64,000 nucleotides of DNA from Gemmatimonadetes bacterium 13_1_20CM_4_69_16 (GTDB lineage Bacteria > Gemmatimonadota > Gemmatimonadetes > Gemmatimonadales > GWC2-71-9). Below the pieces are notes generated by a model. The model was not told the origin of the DNA. It saw only the letters and a list, made by a program, of their open reading frames with translations, and did no database searches. The stretch is taken from contig MNIR01000051.1 in the NCBI GenBank assembly GCA_001919865.1, positions 11,933-75,932 on the forward strand, given 5' to 3'. Positions within the stretch are counted from its first letter, which is position 1; every line of letters begins with the position of its first letter. Positions 18,751 through 28,041 of the stretch are shown here, piece after piece. A program made the translations under genes and the position numbers.

Positions 18751-21362
18751 CGCCGCGAGTCGAGATCGATACCCCCTTCATGCAGCAGTACCACGAGATC
18801 AAGGCGCGGTATCCTCATGCCATCTTGTTTTTCCGCATGGGCGATTTCTACGAAATGTTCGAGGACGACGCCCGACTCGCAGCCCGCGAGCTGGGTCTCA
18901 CGCTCACGTCGCGCAACAACGGTGGGGCGGCGGATGTGCCGCTCGCCGGCGTCCCGGTCAAGGCGGCGACGGAGTACCTGCGACGTCTGATTGCGAAGGG
19001 GCATCGCGTGGCAATCTGCGAGCAGGTTGAGGACCCCAAGCTCGCCAAAGGCCTCGTGCGGCGCGAAGTGGTGGAAACGGTCACACCGGGCACGGTCCTC
19101 GCCGAGGACTGGCTCGAGCGGAACCGCAACAACTTTCTGCTCGCGCTCGATCCGCGCGGGGCGGGTGGGGGGGGTGGTGGGAATGGAGCGGGGCTGGCCG
19201 CCCTGGACCTGACCACTGGGGAGTTGGCGCTCGAGACGGTCCCGATCGAGGACGTGGAGAGCGCGCTGGCCCGCTACGAAGCCCCTGAGGTCGTGCTCCC
19301 GGCTGGCTGCCGCGTCACGCTCCCGGTCGGGTCTCTCACGGTCACCGAGCGGGAGGCGTGGGAATTCGACCCGGAGCTCGCCCGCGACGACCTGGCGCGC
19401 ACGTTCCGACTGGCGTCGCTCGACGGGCTCGGCATCGAGGCGGCGGACCGGGCGGCGGTCGGCGCGGCGGGGGCGCTGCTGCGCTATGCGCGGGAGCTCA
19501 AGCCGGGCGGGCTCCCACATCTCGCGCGCCCCCGCGTGCTGCGGCGTGGCGACGTGTTGCCGCTCGACGAGATGACGCGCCGCAACCTCGAGCTGGTAGA
19601 GCCGCTGCGCCCCGGTGCCGCCGGGGCGACCCTGCTCGAAGTACTCGACCGCACGACGACACCGATGGGGGCGCGTTTGTTGCGGCGTTGGCTGCTGGCG
19701 CCGCTCGTCGACCCCGCGGCCATCAACGCGCGACTCGACGCGGTGGACGTGCTAGTGCATGACCCGCGCGGCCGCGACCGGGTACGGGAGGCGCTGGACG
19801 GCGTGCGGGACCTGGAGCGGCTGGCGGGGCGCGCGGCGCTGGGTCGCGCCACTCCGCGCGAGCTGGGTGCGCTGCGTGACTCGATCCTCCGGTTGCCCGA
19901 CGTGCGCGCGGCGCTCGACGGGCTCGAGGCGCGCGGCCGCGCCGCCCTGCTCGAGCGGGCCGCCGAACGGTTCGACCTGCTCGCCGACCTGGGCGACGAG
20001 CTGGCCCGCGCCTTGGTCGAACGGCCGCCTGCGCAAGCGCCGGATGGCGACGCGATCCGCGCGGGCTACGACCGCGAGCTCGACGAGGTGAAGGACGCGC
20101 GCGACGGCGGGAAGCAGTACATCGCCTCGCTCCAGGCGCGCGAGCGGGAGCGTACCGGGATTGCTTCGCTCAAGGTGGGCTTCAACAAGGTGTTCGGGTA
20201 CTACATCGAAGTCACCAACCCGCACAAGGATCGCGTCCCCGGAGACTACGAGCGGCGGCAAACCCTGTCCGGAGCCGAGCGGTTCGTCACGCCGGAGCTG
20301 AAGGAGTATGAGGCGAAGGTGTTGGGCGCCGAAGAGCGGATCGCCGCCCGCGAGGCGGAGCTCGTGGACGCGCTGCGCGCGCGTATCGCGCAGGCGATCG
20401 CCCGGGTCCAGGCCTCCGCGGGGATCGTCGCGGAGCTCGACGTCTGGGGCGGGCTCGCCGACCTGGCGCATCGCGAGGCGTACGTGCGCCCCCAGGTGAC
20501 CGGGGACTTCGTGCTCGACCTCGAAGCGAGCCGCCACCCAGTGGTGGAGCGGATGATGGCGCGCGAGACGTTCATCCCGAACGATGTGCGGCTGGACGAG
20601 GGCGGACGCGTGATTCTCCTCACCGGCCCAAACATGGCGGGAAAGTCCACACTGCTGCGCCAGGTGGGTCTGTGCATGCTGCTCGCGCAGGCGGGCTCGT
20701 TCGTGCCGGCGCGGCGCGCGGTGATCGGCGCGGTCGACCGGCTGTTCACCCGCGTGGGGGCCAGTGACAATCTGGTGCGCGGCCAGTCCACCTTCATGGT
20801 GGAGATGAGCGAGACGAGCGCGATCCTCCACGGCGCGACGTCCCGAAGCCTCGTGCTGTTGGACGAGATCGGCCGCGGGACGTCCACGTATGACGGCGTG
20901 GCGATCGCGTGGGCGGTGACCGAGCACCTGCACAACGTGATCGGCTGCAAGACGGTGTTCGCGACCCACTACCACGAACTGACACAGCTCACGGAGGAGC
21001 TCGCCCACGCCCGCAACTTCAACGTGGTGGTGCGGGAAGCGGGGGACGAGATCGTATTCCTCCACCGGCTCGAGCCGGGAGGGGCCGACCGCTCCTACGG
21101 CATCCACGTGGGCCGGCTCGCCGGGCTGCCCGCAGCGGTCGTGGAGCGCGCCTGGCAGGTGCTGAAGCTGCTCGAAGCCGGCCATCACGTGGCCCACCAA
21201 CCTCCGCCCACTGCTCCCGACGCACAGCAGCTCGGTCTCTTCGCCCCGGGAACGCACCCCTTGCTCGCGGAGCTCGATCGCCTGGATGTGAACGCGCTGT
21301 CGCCGCTCGAAGCCCTCAACCGCCTGGCGGCGTGGAAGAAGCAGCTCGAGGAGACTCCGTGA
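18747..21362 (+). CDS. mutS: DNA mismatch repair protein MutS
   Basis: 871 aa. N-terminus TPFMQQYHEIKARYPHAILFFRMGDFYEMFEDDA. Walker A GPNMAGKST. STFMVEM and DEIGRGTSTYDG motifs. Confidence 0.95.
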   Translation: MTPRVEIDTPFMQQYHEIKARYPHAILFFRMGDFYEMFEDDARLAARELGLTLTSRNNGGAADVPLAGVPVKAATEYLRRLIAKGHRVAICEQVEDPKLAKGLVRREVVETVTPGTVLAEDWLERNRNNFLLALDPRGAGGGGGGNGAGLAALDLTTGELALETVPIEDVESALARYEAPEVVLPAGCRVTLPVGSLTVTEREAWEFDPELARDDLARTFRLASLDGLGIEAADRAAVGAAGALLRYARELKPGGLPHLARPRVLRRGDVLPLDEMTRRNLELVEPLRPGAAGATLLEVLDRTTTPMGARLLRRWLLAPLVDPAAINARLDAVDVLVHDPRGRDRVREALDGVRDLERLAGRAALGRATPRELGALRDSILRLPDVRAALDGLEARGRAALLERAAERFDLLADLGDELARALVERPPAQAPDGDAIRAGYDRELDEVKDARDGGKQYIASLQARERERTGIASLKVGFNKVFGYYIEVTNPHKDRVPGDYERRQTLSGAERFVTPELKEYEAKVLGAEERIAAREAELVDALRARIAQAIARVQASAGIVAELDVWGGLADLAHREAYVRPQVTGDFVLDLEASRHPVVERMMARETFIPNDVRLDEGGRVILLTGPNMAGKSTLLRQVGLCMLLAQAGSFVPARRAVIGAVDRLFTRVGASDNLVRGQSTFMVEMSETSAILHGATSRSLVLLDEIGRGTSTYDGVAIAWAVTEHLHNVIGCKTVFATHYHELTQLTEELAHARNFNVVVREAGDEIVFLHRLEPGGADRSYGIHVGRLAGLPAAVVERAWQVLKLLEAGHHVAHQPPPTAPDAQQLGLFAPGTHPLLAELDRLDVNALSPLEALNRLAAWKKQLEETP

Positions 21363-21964
21363 GGGGCTGGCTCGCGGTCGTCGGCGTCATAGGTGCGGCC
21401 GCCGCCGCGTGCGGCAAACCGGCGCCCCCCCCCGATCAGGCCGGCGCGCAGGCGCCCGCGCCCCCGGACCAGGAGCCGCCGGTGCCGCTCAACCCCGATT
21501 CGCCGATCCAGTATCCGCCGCGCTTATACGACCAGAGGGTCGAGGGAGACGTCGTGCTGCGCCTGTTCGTCGACTCGGCGGGGCGACTCGTCGCCGAGTC
21601 GAGCAAAGTCGCCGAGTCGAGCGGTTATTCCGCGCTCGATTCGGCGGCGCTGGCGGGCGCACGGCAGCTGCAGTTCGCCCCCGCCCGGCGGCATGGCCTC
21701 GCGGTGGCGACGGCGTTCCTGCAGCCGATCGAGTTCCGCCGTCCGGCGGCTGGCCCGGCGGGTAGCAGGGGCAGACCGGATGCCGGCGGCGCGCGGCGCT
21801 CTACTCCCCGAGCGCGCGATACGACCGCCGCACGGCCAGCGCCGACTGCACCACCGGAGACGACGGGCGCGCGGCGCGACACCACGGCCGCGCCGCGGGA
21901 CACGAGCGGCGTGCGGCGGGACACCACGAAGGCGAAAGCGGATAGCGGTGCCGGCCCACACTAG
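21359..21964 (+). CDS. TonB C-terminal-domain lipoprotein with a low-complexity tail
   Basis: GTGA overlap with mutS. Lipobox (IGAAAAAC), Pro-rich linker and a TonB_C-like core (IQYPPRLYDQRVEGDVVLRLFVDSAGRL...GYSALDSAALAGARQLQFAPA). The tail has RRDTT-type repeats. Confidence 0.65.
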   Translation: MRGWLAVVGVIGAAAAACGKPAPPPDQAGAQAPAPPDQEPPVPLNPDSPIQYPPRLYDQRVEGDVVLRLFVDSAGRLVAESSKVAESSGYSALDSAALAGARQLQFAPARRHGLAVATAFLQPIEFRRPAAGPAGSRGRPDAGGARRSTPRARDTTAARPAPTAPPETTGARRDTTAAPRDTSGVRRDTTKAKADSGAGPH

Positions 21965-23333
21965 GCCCTACGCCAACGTCCTCGAGACGATCGGGTGGAC
22001 CCCGCTGATCCGCCTCAACAAGGTGACGCAGGGGATCCGCACGCCGGTGTACGGCAAAGCGGAGTTCTTCAACCCGGGCGGCTCGGTCAAGGACCGGATC
22101 GGTATCGCGATGATCGAAGCGGCCGAGCGCGCCGGGCAGCTCCGGCCCGGCGGGCTGATCGTCGAGGCGACGTCGGGCAACACCGGCGTCGGGTTGGCGC
22201 TGGCAGCCGCGGTGAAGGGCTACCGCTGCATCTTCACGATGCCCGACAAGATGTCGCAGGAGAAGGCGCGGCTGCTCCGCGCGCTCGGCGCCGAGGTCAT
22301 CATCACACCGACCGCGGTGCCGCCGGATCACCCCGAGAACTACATCATGAAGGGCCGCGCCATCGCCGCGGCGCACCCCAACGCCATCTTCGCCGACCAG
22401 CACTACAACCCCGTGAACCCGGAAGTCCACTATCGCACCACCGGCCCGGAGATCTGGGAGCAGACCGAGGGACAGGTTACCCACTTCGTCTGCGCGCCCG
22501 GGACGGGTGGAACCGTGAGCGGCGCAGGCCGTTTTCTGAAGGAGCGGAACGCGGCCATCCAGGTGATCGCCGGCGATCCGGCGGGCTCCATCTACACCGA
22601 GTACGCGCGCACCCGTCGCAAGACCGAGGGTCACCCGTACAAGGTGGAGGGGATCGGCGGCGACAAGCTTCCGACGTCGCTGCACTGGGACGTGATCGAC
22701 GAATGGATCACGGTGTCCGACAAGGACGCGATGCTGTCGGTCCGACGGCTCGCCCAGGAGGAAGGCTTGTTCTGCGGGGGGTCGACCGGCGTGAACCTGG
22801 TCGCGGCGCTCGAGGTGGCGCGCCGCGGGAACGACCCGAAGGCGCTCGTCGTCACCGTGCTGTGCGATACCGGGGAACGCTACCTCTCCAAGGTCTACAA
22901 CGACGAGTGGCTGCGCGAGAATCAGATCCTCGAGAGCGCACACGTGACGGTGGCCCGGGTGCTCGAGGCGAGGAACTCGGGGGCCCCGCCGCTCATTTCG
23001 GTCGCGCCGACCGCCACGGTGCGGCAGGCGCTGAACCTCATGAGCACCTACAACGTGTCGCAGCTGCCGGTCCTCGACGGGGGGGACGGCGTCGGCGCGG
23101 TGTCCGAGCCGACGCTCATGGCCAAGGCGCTCGAGCAGCCCGGCGCGCTGGACCAAGCCGTCCAGGAGGTCATGGATGCGCCGTTCCCCGTAGTGGACGC
23201 CGATCTCCCGGTCGAGCGGCTCACCGCGCTCCTGTCGCGTGAGACGCCGGCGGCGTTGGTGCGGCGCGACGGCAAGATCGACGGCATCGTCACGCGCTAC
23301 GACGTGCTGCACCAGCTGGCCGGGATCCGCTGA
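21948..23333 (+). CDS. cbs: Cystathionine beta-synthase (PLP domain plus tandem CBS domains)
   Basis: PLP-enzyme motifs (FFNPGGSVKDRIG, TSGNTGVGLA, GTGGTVSG, GGSTG) followed by a CBS-pair region. GTG at 21948 is chosen because the long upstream part of ORF 21393..23333 is Arg-rich overlap text. Confidence 0.8.
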   Translation: MPAHTRPYANVLETIGWTPLIRLNKVTQGIRTPVYGKAEFFNPGGSVKDRIGIAMIEAAERAGQLRPGGLIVEATSGNTGVGLALAAAVKGYRCIFTMPDKMSQEKARLLRALGAEVIITPTAVPPDHPENYIMKGRAIAAAHPNAIFADQHYNPVNPEVHYRTTGPEIWEQTEGQVTHFVCAPGTGGTVSGAGRFLKERNAAIQVIAGDPAGSIYTEYARTRRKTEGHPYKVEGIGGDKLPTSLHWDVIDEWITVSDKDAMLSVRRLAQEEGLFCGGSTGVNLVAALEVARRGNDPKALVVTVLCDTGERYLSKVYNDEWLRENQILESAHVTVARVLEARNSGAPPLISVAPTATVRQALNLMSTYNVSQLPVLDGGDGVGAVSEPTLMAKALEQPGALDQAVQEVMDAPFPVVDADLPVERLTALLSRETPAALVRRDGKIDGIVTRYDVLHQLAGIR

Positions 23334-24367
23334 TGCGGGTCACCGTGCTCACCGGTGGTGCGACCGCGGAGCGCGCCGTCGCGTTCGCGGGCGCCAGCCA
23401 GATCGTCGCCAGCCTGCGGGGCCGGGGCCACGAGGTCTCCGTCGTCGACACGACCGCCGGGTTGCTCGGGCGCGCCGACGAGGAGCGGCTGCTGACGAGC
23501 GCCGTGGGCCGGGAGCCGCCACCGGTGGCCGAGCTCGATGAGCGCGAGCGCGCCTTCCTGTCCAACGGGCTCGCCGAGTTGGCCGAAGTGCGACGGGCGG
23601 ACGTGCTGTGCCTGTGCCTGCACGCCGGCCGGGGCGAGGGAGGGACGCTCCAGGCGCTGCTCGACGTGATCGGCGTCCCCTACACCGGCAGCGGCGCGCT
23701 CGCGAGCGCCCTGGCGATGGACAAGGACCTGTCCAAACGGCTGTTCCGCGCGGCCGGCGTCCCGGTGCCCGCCTGGTTCATGACCCCCCCGCCGGTCGCG
23801 CCCGAGGACGTGACCACCGCCCTCGGGTGGCCGGTGATCGTGAAGCCTTCCCGGATGGGGTCCTCCGTCGGGATGACCCTCGTCAAGAACGCCAAGGGCC
23901 TGGACGCGGCGGTGGATCTGGCGCGTGGCTACGACCGCGAAGTGATGGTCGAGCAGTTCATCGGAGGGAGGGAGGTCACGGTCGGTATCCTGGGCGACGT
24001 CCCGCTGCCGGTGGGCGAGATCATCCCGAAGCACGAACTGTTCGACTACGAATGCAAGTACACGCCCGGGATGTCCGAGGAGATCTTCCCGGCGAAGCTC
24101 GACCCCAAGCCGGCCCGGCAGCTGCAGGAGCTGGCACTCGCGGCGCACCGGGCGCTCAAGCTGGGGGGATATTCGCGGGTCGACTTCCGGTTGAGTGCAG
24201 AGGGGGACATCTTTTGCCTGGAGGCGAACACGCTCCCCGGCATGACCCGGACGAGCCTGCTCCCGCAGGCCGCGCGGGCCGCCGGGATCGAGTTTCCCGA
24301 GCTGTGCGAGCGCATCTGCCGGCTGGCGGGGAACCCGGGGAGCGGGCGCGGGGGAATAACAAGCTAG
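23333..24367 (+). CDS. ddl: D-alanine--D-alanine ligase
   Basis: 344 aa with Ddl-like ATP-grasp sequence (HGGRGEGGTLQALLDVIGVPYTGSG, KPSRMGSSVGM, GYSRVDFRL..., EANTLPGMT). Confidence 0.88.
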   Translation: MRVTVLTGGATAERAVAFAGASQIVASLRGRGHEVSVVDTTAGLLGRADEERLLTSAVGREPPPVAELDERERAFLSNGLAELAEVRRADVLCLCLHAGRGEGGTLQALLDVIGVPYTGSGALASALAMDKDLSKRLFRAAGVPVPAWFMTPPPVAPEDVTTALGWPVIVKPSRMGSSVGMTLVKNAKGLDAAVDLARGYDREVMVEQFIGGREVTVGILGDVPLPVGEIIPKHELFDYECKYTPGMSEEIFPAKLDPKPARQLQELALAAHRALKLGGYSRVDFRLSAEGDIFCLEANTLPGMTRTSLLPQAARAAGIEFPELCERICRLAGNPGSGRGGITS

Positions 24368-24396
24368 GCACACAAGCGCAGAGGCGCCGAGGGTAG

Positions 24397-25224
24397 ATGG
24401 GCCCGCAGCGAGTTTTCGGCATGACCCCCTGGGTGCGACGGTTGTTCGTCGCCAATCTCGTCGTCTTTCTCTTCCAGATGACGATCTTCGTCGACCCGCG
24501 CTTCCTCTCCACGTTCGGGTTCGTGCCACTGCGCGCCCTCGCGCAGCCGTGGACGTTCCTGACGTACATGTTCCTGCACGCGGGGCCGCTGCACCTGGCG
24601 TTCAACCTCCTCGCCCTGTTCGTGTTCGGGCCCGAGGTGGAGGAGCGGATGGGCGGCGGGCCGTTCCTCGCGTACTACCTGCTGTGCGGTCTGGGCGGCG
24701 CGGTGCTGTCGTTCGTGCTGATGCAGTTCCGCTCGGTGGAGCTCGTGATCGGCGCGTCAGCCGCCGTGTACGGTGTGCTGCTGGCCTTCGCGTGGGCCGC
24801 GCCCGACCGGCCGATCTATGTGTTCCCGCTTCCCGAGCCGATCGCGGCCAAGTGGCTCGTGACGTTCGCCGCCGCCGTCTCCCTGGCGCTCGCGATCTTT
24901 CCGCCGAACGACAAAGTGGCGCACCTCGCCCATCTCGGTGGCTTCGGGGCCGGCTTCCTGTATCTCAAGGTCGCGGACTGGCGACTCGCCCGGGCGGAGC
25001 GCCACGTGCGGCGTGCCGCACAGCCGAGCGTGCTGGTCCACCCCGGCCGCGCCGCGCGCGCCAGCGACGCCGCGCTCAAGCCGCGCCGCCCGCACCGCGA
25101 TGCGGCGCAGGTGGAGATCGACCGCGTGCTCGACAAGATCTCGGCGCGCGGGATCGAGAGCCTCACCCCCGCCGAGCGGAAATTTCTCGCGGAGATGAGT
25201 CGCAAGATGCGCGACCGGCACTGA
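24397..25224 (+). CDS. Rhomboid-family intramembrane serine protease
   Basis: Motifs HAGPLHLAFNLLALFVFG, GASAAVYGVL (catalytic Ser) and AHLAHLGGFGAG (catalytic His). Confidence 0.85.
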   Translation: MGPQRVFGMTPWVRRLFVANLVVFLFQMTIFVDPRFLSTFGFVPLRALAQPWTFLTYMFLHAGPLHLAFNLLALFVFGPEVEERMGGGPFLAYYLLCGLGGAVLSFVLMQFRSVELVIGASAAVYGVLLAFAWAAPDRPIYVFPLPEPIAAKWLVTFAAAVSLALAIFPPNDKVAHLAHLGGFGAGFLYLKVADWRLARAERHVRRAAQPSVLVHPGRAARASDAALKPRRPHRDAAQVEIDRVLDKISARGIESLTPAERKFLAEMSRKMRDRH

Positions 25225-25323
25225 CCGGTCTCCCACAAAAAGTCAAGCCGCGGCGAGATCACCATCCGCTGACCGACGCTTGTCACCGGCGGGACCGTTT
25301 CCCAAATTGGGGCCGGCCGCGCC

Positions 25324-26331
25324 ATGCTCGTCAATCTCGTCCCGGAGTTTCTGGCGGTCCTCGCCGCGCCCGACCCCGCCGCGGCCTACCACGCGTATCT
25401 CGACCGGCACGGGCCCATCCTGGCCAGCTACTGGCACAACTATGTGCTCGACCCGGCGTCCCCCCACGCCGAGCAGGTGATCGCGGCGGCGCTCCGGGCG
25501 GACCGCTCCGACCTGAAGCGGCTGCTCGAGGACGTGGACGTCGTGTCGATCGCGGACGACGCCCTGCAGCGTGCCCTCGAGCGGTTCGAAGCGGACTGTC
25601 CGGTGGACCTCTACCTGATGGTCGGTGTGGGCGCGGCCAACGCGGGCGAGCTGGTGGTCGGGGGGCGCGGCATCGCATTCGTGTGCCTCGAGCACTTCAC
25701 CGGCCGTGCGAACCCCCAGACGTACGGTATGGGGCTCGCGCCGCACCTGTTGCCGCTGTGGGTGGCGCATGAGACGGCGCACGCGGTGCGGTACACGTCG
25801 CCCACGAGCCGAGCTGACCTGCGGCGTCTGGTAGCGGACCGGCGCGGCCACTACGACTACTGGGACACCGGGAGCCGCGCCACCCTGCGGGAGCTGCTGG
25901 TGAACGAAGGGGCGGCGGTCGCCGCGGCGCAGGCCGTGGCGCCGGGGTTCGAGCCGTGGGAATACTTCGGCTATACGCGGCGCCAGTACCGACGGATCCG
26001 GGAGCTGGACGCCTTCCTGCGCCGCGTCAGCGCCCCCGAGCTCGATCAGACCGGTCTCGGGCTGCGGCTGCGGTTCCTCTCGGGCGGGATGACGCCCGCC
26101 GCGCGCCTGATGGGCGGCAAGGTGCTGCCGGAGCGCGCCGGCTACTACCTCGGCCTGCGTTTGGTGGAGAACTTCCTCGCCGAGCAGGGCATCGCCTCGA
26201 CGCTGCGCGCGGCGGCGGAGCAGTTTCGCAAGGCGGACGAGCGGGCGGAGTTCGACTACGCGCAGCAGCGGCTCGAATGGCTCGCCGACGAGGTGTGGCG
26301 CGTGGCGACGGGCGGCGCGCCGCTGCAGTAG
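25324..26331 (+). CDS. Hypothetical protein with an HExxH motif (DUF2268-like putative metalloprotease)
   Basis: 335-aa ORF with good coding character and a WVAHETAHAVRY motif. The family assignment is tentative. Confidence 0.45.
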   Translation: MLVNLVPEFLAVLAAPDPAAAYHAYLDRHGPILASYWHNYVLDPASPHAEQVIAAALRADRSDLKRLLEDVDVVSIADDALQRALERFEADCPVDLYLMVGVGAANAGELVVGGRGIAFVCLEHFTGRANPQTYGMGLAPHLLPLWVAHETAHAVRYTSPTSRADLRRLVADRRGHYDYWDTGSRATLRELLVNEGAAVAAAQAVAPGFEPWEYFGYTRRQYRRIRELDAFLRRVSAPELDQTGLGLRLRFLSGGMTPAARLMGGKVLPERAGYYLGLRLVENFLAEQGIASTLRAAAEQFRKADERAEFDYAQQRLEWLADEVWRVATGGAPLQ

Positions 26332-26550
26332 CCGCCCGAAAAGTTCCCATTTGCGACTCTGTTCGCGGCCTTGACACGGGTCTCCACGGCCGGCAGGTTA
26401 GCTCCCCATCGATACGGTTCCGTAAGAGCTACCCGCTGACGCGGGACCGCGTGGTTCTCCTGACACCCCGCAGCCACGCCGCTCTCAACGCCGCATTCGT
26501 GACACCGGCAGGCGAAGCTCGTGCACCCCATCCGGAATCGGGAGGTAGTT

Positions 26551-27066
26551 ATGGCAGCGGACTTCTTCATCGGCGAATCGCTGGTAGGCGACGGGAATGA
26601 GGTCGCCCACATCGACCTGATCATCGGGTCGAAGGCGGGCCACGCCGGGCAGGCCTTCGTCAACACGTTGTCGAACAACACCGACGGCTTTACGAAGCTG
26701 CTCGCCGTCGTCACACCCAACCTACCGGCGAAGCCGGACACCCTGCTCTTCAACAAGGTCACGCTCAAGAACGCCACCCAGGCGGTGCAGATGTTCGGTC
26801 CGGCGCAGGCGGCCGTCGCCCGCGCGGTCGTGGACAGCGTGTCCTCGGGCGTGATTCCGCGCGACAAGGTGGACGACTACTGCATCCTGGTGGGCGTGTT
26901 CATCCACTGGCAGGCGAAGAACGACAAGAAGATCTTCGACTTCAACTACCGGGCGGTGAAAGAGTCGATCGAGCGCGCGTTGAAGAACCAGCCGCGGGTC
27001 GACGCGGTCATCTCGGGCGCCAAGACCGCCACCCACCCGTTTGCGGGCGGGGCCGACAAGAGCTGA
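26551..27066 (+). CDS. fae: Formaldehyde-activating enzyme (5,6,7,8-tetrahydromethanopterin hydro-lyase)
   Basis: 171 aa starting [33 protein letters not shown], which closely matches known Fae N-termini. GGAGG sits 6 nt upstream of the ATG. Confidence 0.9.
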   Translation: MAADFFIGESLVGDGNEVAHIDLIIGSKAGHAGQAFVNTLSNNTDGFTKLLAVVTPNLPAKPDTLLFNKVTLKNATQAVQMFGPAQAAVARAVVDSVSSGVIPRDKVDDYCILVGVFIHWQAKNDKKIFDFNYRAVKESIERALKNQPRVDAVISGAKTATHPFAGGADKS

Positions 27067-27090
27067 CGCCCCGGCGGTCGTCGGATCCTG

Positions 27091-27132
27091 CTGTCGGGGG
27101 GCGGTGGCGTTGCCGCCCCTCGACTGTTTTTT
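27091..27132 (+). terminator. Intrinsic terminator/attenuator after fae
   Basis: 14-bp GC-rich stem CTGTCGGGGGGCGG / CCGCCCCTCGACTG with one mismatch and one G-U pair, immediately followed by TTTTTT (27127-27132). Confidence 0.65.
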
Positions 27133-27163
27133 CCCCGTCCGAGCCCGTGGAGCCCGACCCTTG

Positions 27164-28036
27164 ATGCGCAAGCTGCTGCTGCAGCTCGACAGCTCCCGGC
27201 TGCCGAGCGTGTTCGACCGGATAGTGGCCTACGACAGCGGCGCCGACGAGGTGATGAGCTACGGCGGCATCACCGAAGCGGACGTCCGCGACCTGATCTA
27301 CGGCTGCATTTTCACCCGCGGCCCCAAGGACCTGAAGCACACGGCCGTGTTCATCGGCGGCTCGGACATGGCGGTGGGAGAGGTGCTGCTCGCCGCGGCG
27401 ACGCAGGCGTTCTTCGGGCCGTTCACGGTGTCGCTGATGCTTGACTCGAACGGATCGAACACGACCGCGGTCGCCGCCGTGGCGAAGATGCTGCAAGCGG
27501 CGGGCGACGTGCGCGGCAAGCGGGTGCTGATTGTCGCCGGGACCGGGCCCGTGGGGATCCGAGCGGCGGGCTTGTTCGCCAGAGCGGGGGCCGAAGTGAT
27601 CATCACCTCCCGCAAGGCCGAGGCGGGCGAGCGGGCGCGCGATCTCGTCGCGAAGCGGTTCGGCGGGACGGTACGCGCTGTGACGATGCCGGATGCGGCT
27701 GAGGCGGTGCGCGCCTGCAAGGACGCGGAGCTCGTGCTCAACGCGGGCCCCGCGGGCGTGATGCTGGTGCCGAAGCAGGCGTGGGCGAACCGCCCGCGCT
27801 TGAAGGTCATCGCGGACGTGAACGCGGTTCCTCCCCTCGGCGTCGAGGGCGTCGAGCCGACGGACGACGGCGTGACGAAGGACGGCGTGCGGTGCTTCGG
27901 CGCGCTCGCCATCGGCAACCTGAAGATGAAGGTGCACAAGGCGTGCGTCGCGCGTCTGTTCGAGCGCAACGACCTCGTGCTGGACGCCGAGACCATCGCC
28001 GACGTGGCGCGGGAGTTGGCCGCGACGCAGCAATAA
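27164..28036 (+). CDS. NAD(P)-dependent methylene-tetrahydromethanopterin dehydrogenase (MtdA/MtdB family)
   Basis: MRKLLLQLDSSRLPSVFDRIVAYDSGADEV...FFGPFTVSLMLDSNGSNTTAVAAVAKM...AGTGPVG is highly similar in pattern to methylotroph MtdA/MtdB. Confidence 0.85.
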   Translation: MRKLLLQLDSSRLPSVFDRIVAYDSGADEVMSYGGITEADVRDLIYGCIFTRGPKDLKHTAVFIGGSDMAVGEVLLAAATQAFFGPFTVSLMLDSNGSNTTAVAAVAKMLQAAGDVRGKRVLIVAGTGPVGIRAAGLFARAGAEVIITSRKAEAGERARDLVAKRFGGTVRAVTMPDAAEAVRACKDAELVLNAGPAGVMLVPKQAWANRPRLKVIADVNAVPPLGVEGVEPTDDGVTKDGVRCFGALAIGNLKMKVHKACVARLFERNDLVLDAETIADVARELAATQQ

Positions 28037-28041
28037 GGCGC

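Noticed and set aside
21393-21947. Long N-terminal extension of the cystathionine beta-synthase ORF
   Set aside because: The extension is Arg-rich and fully overlaps the TonB-like gene in another frame. The conserved CBS sequence begins right after GTG 21948.
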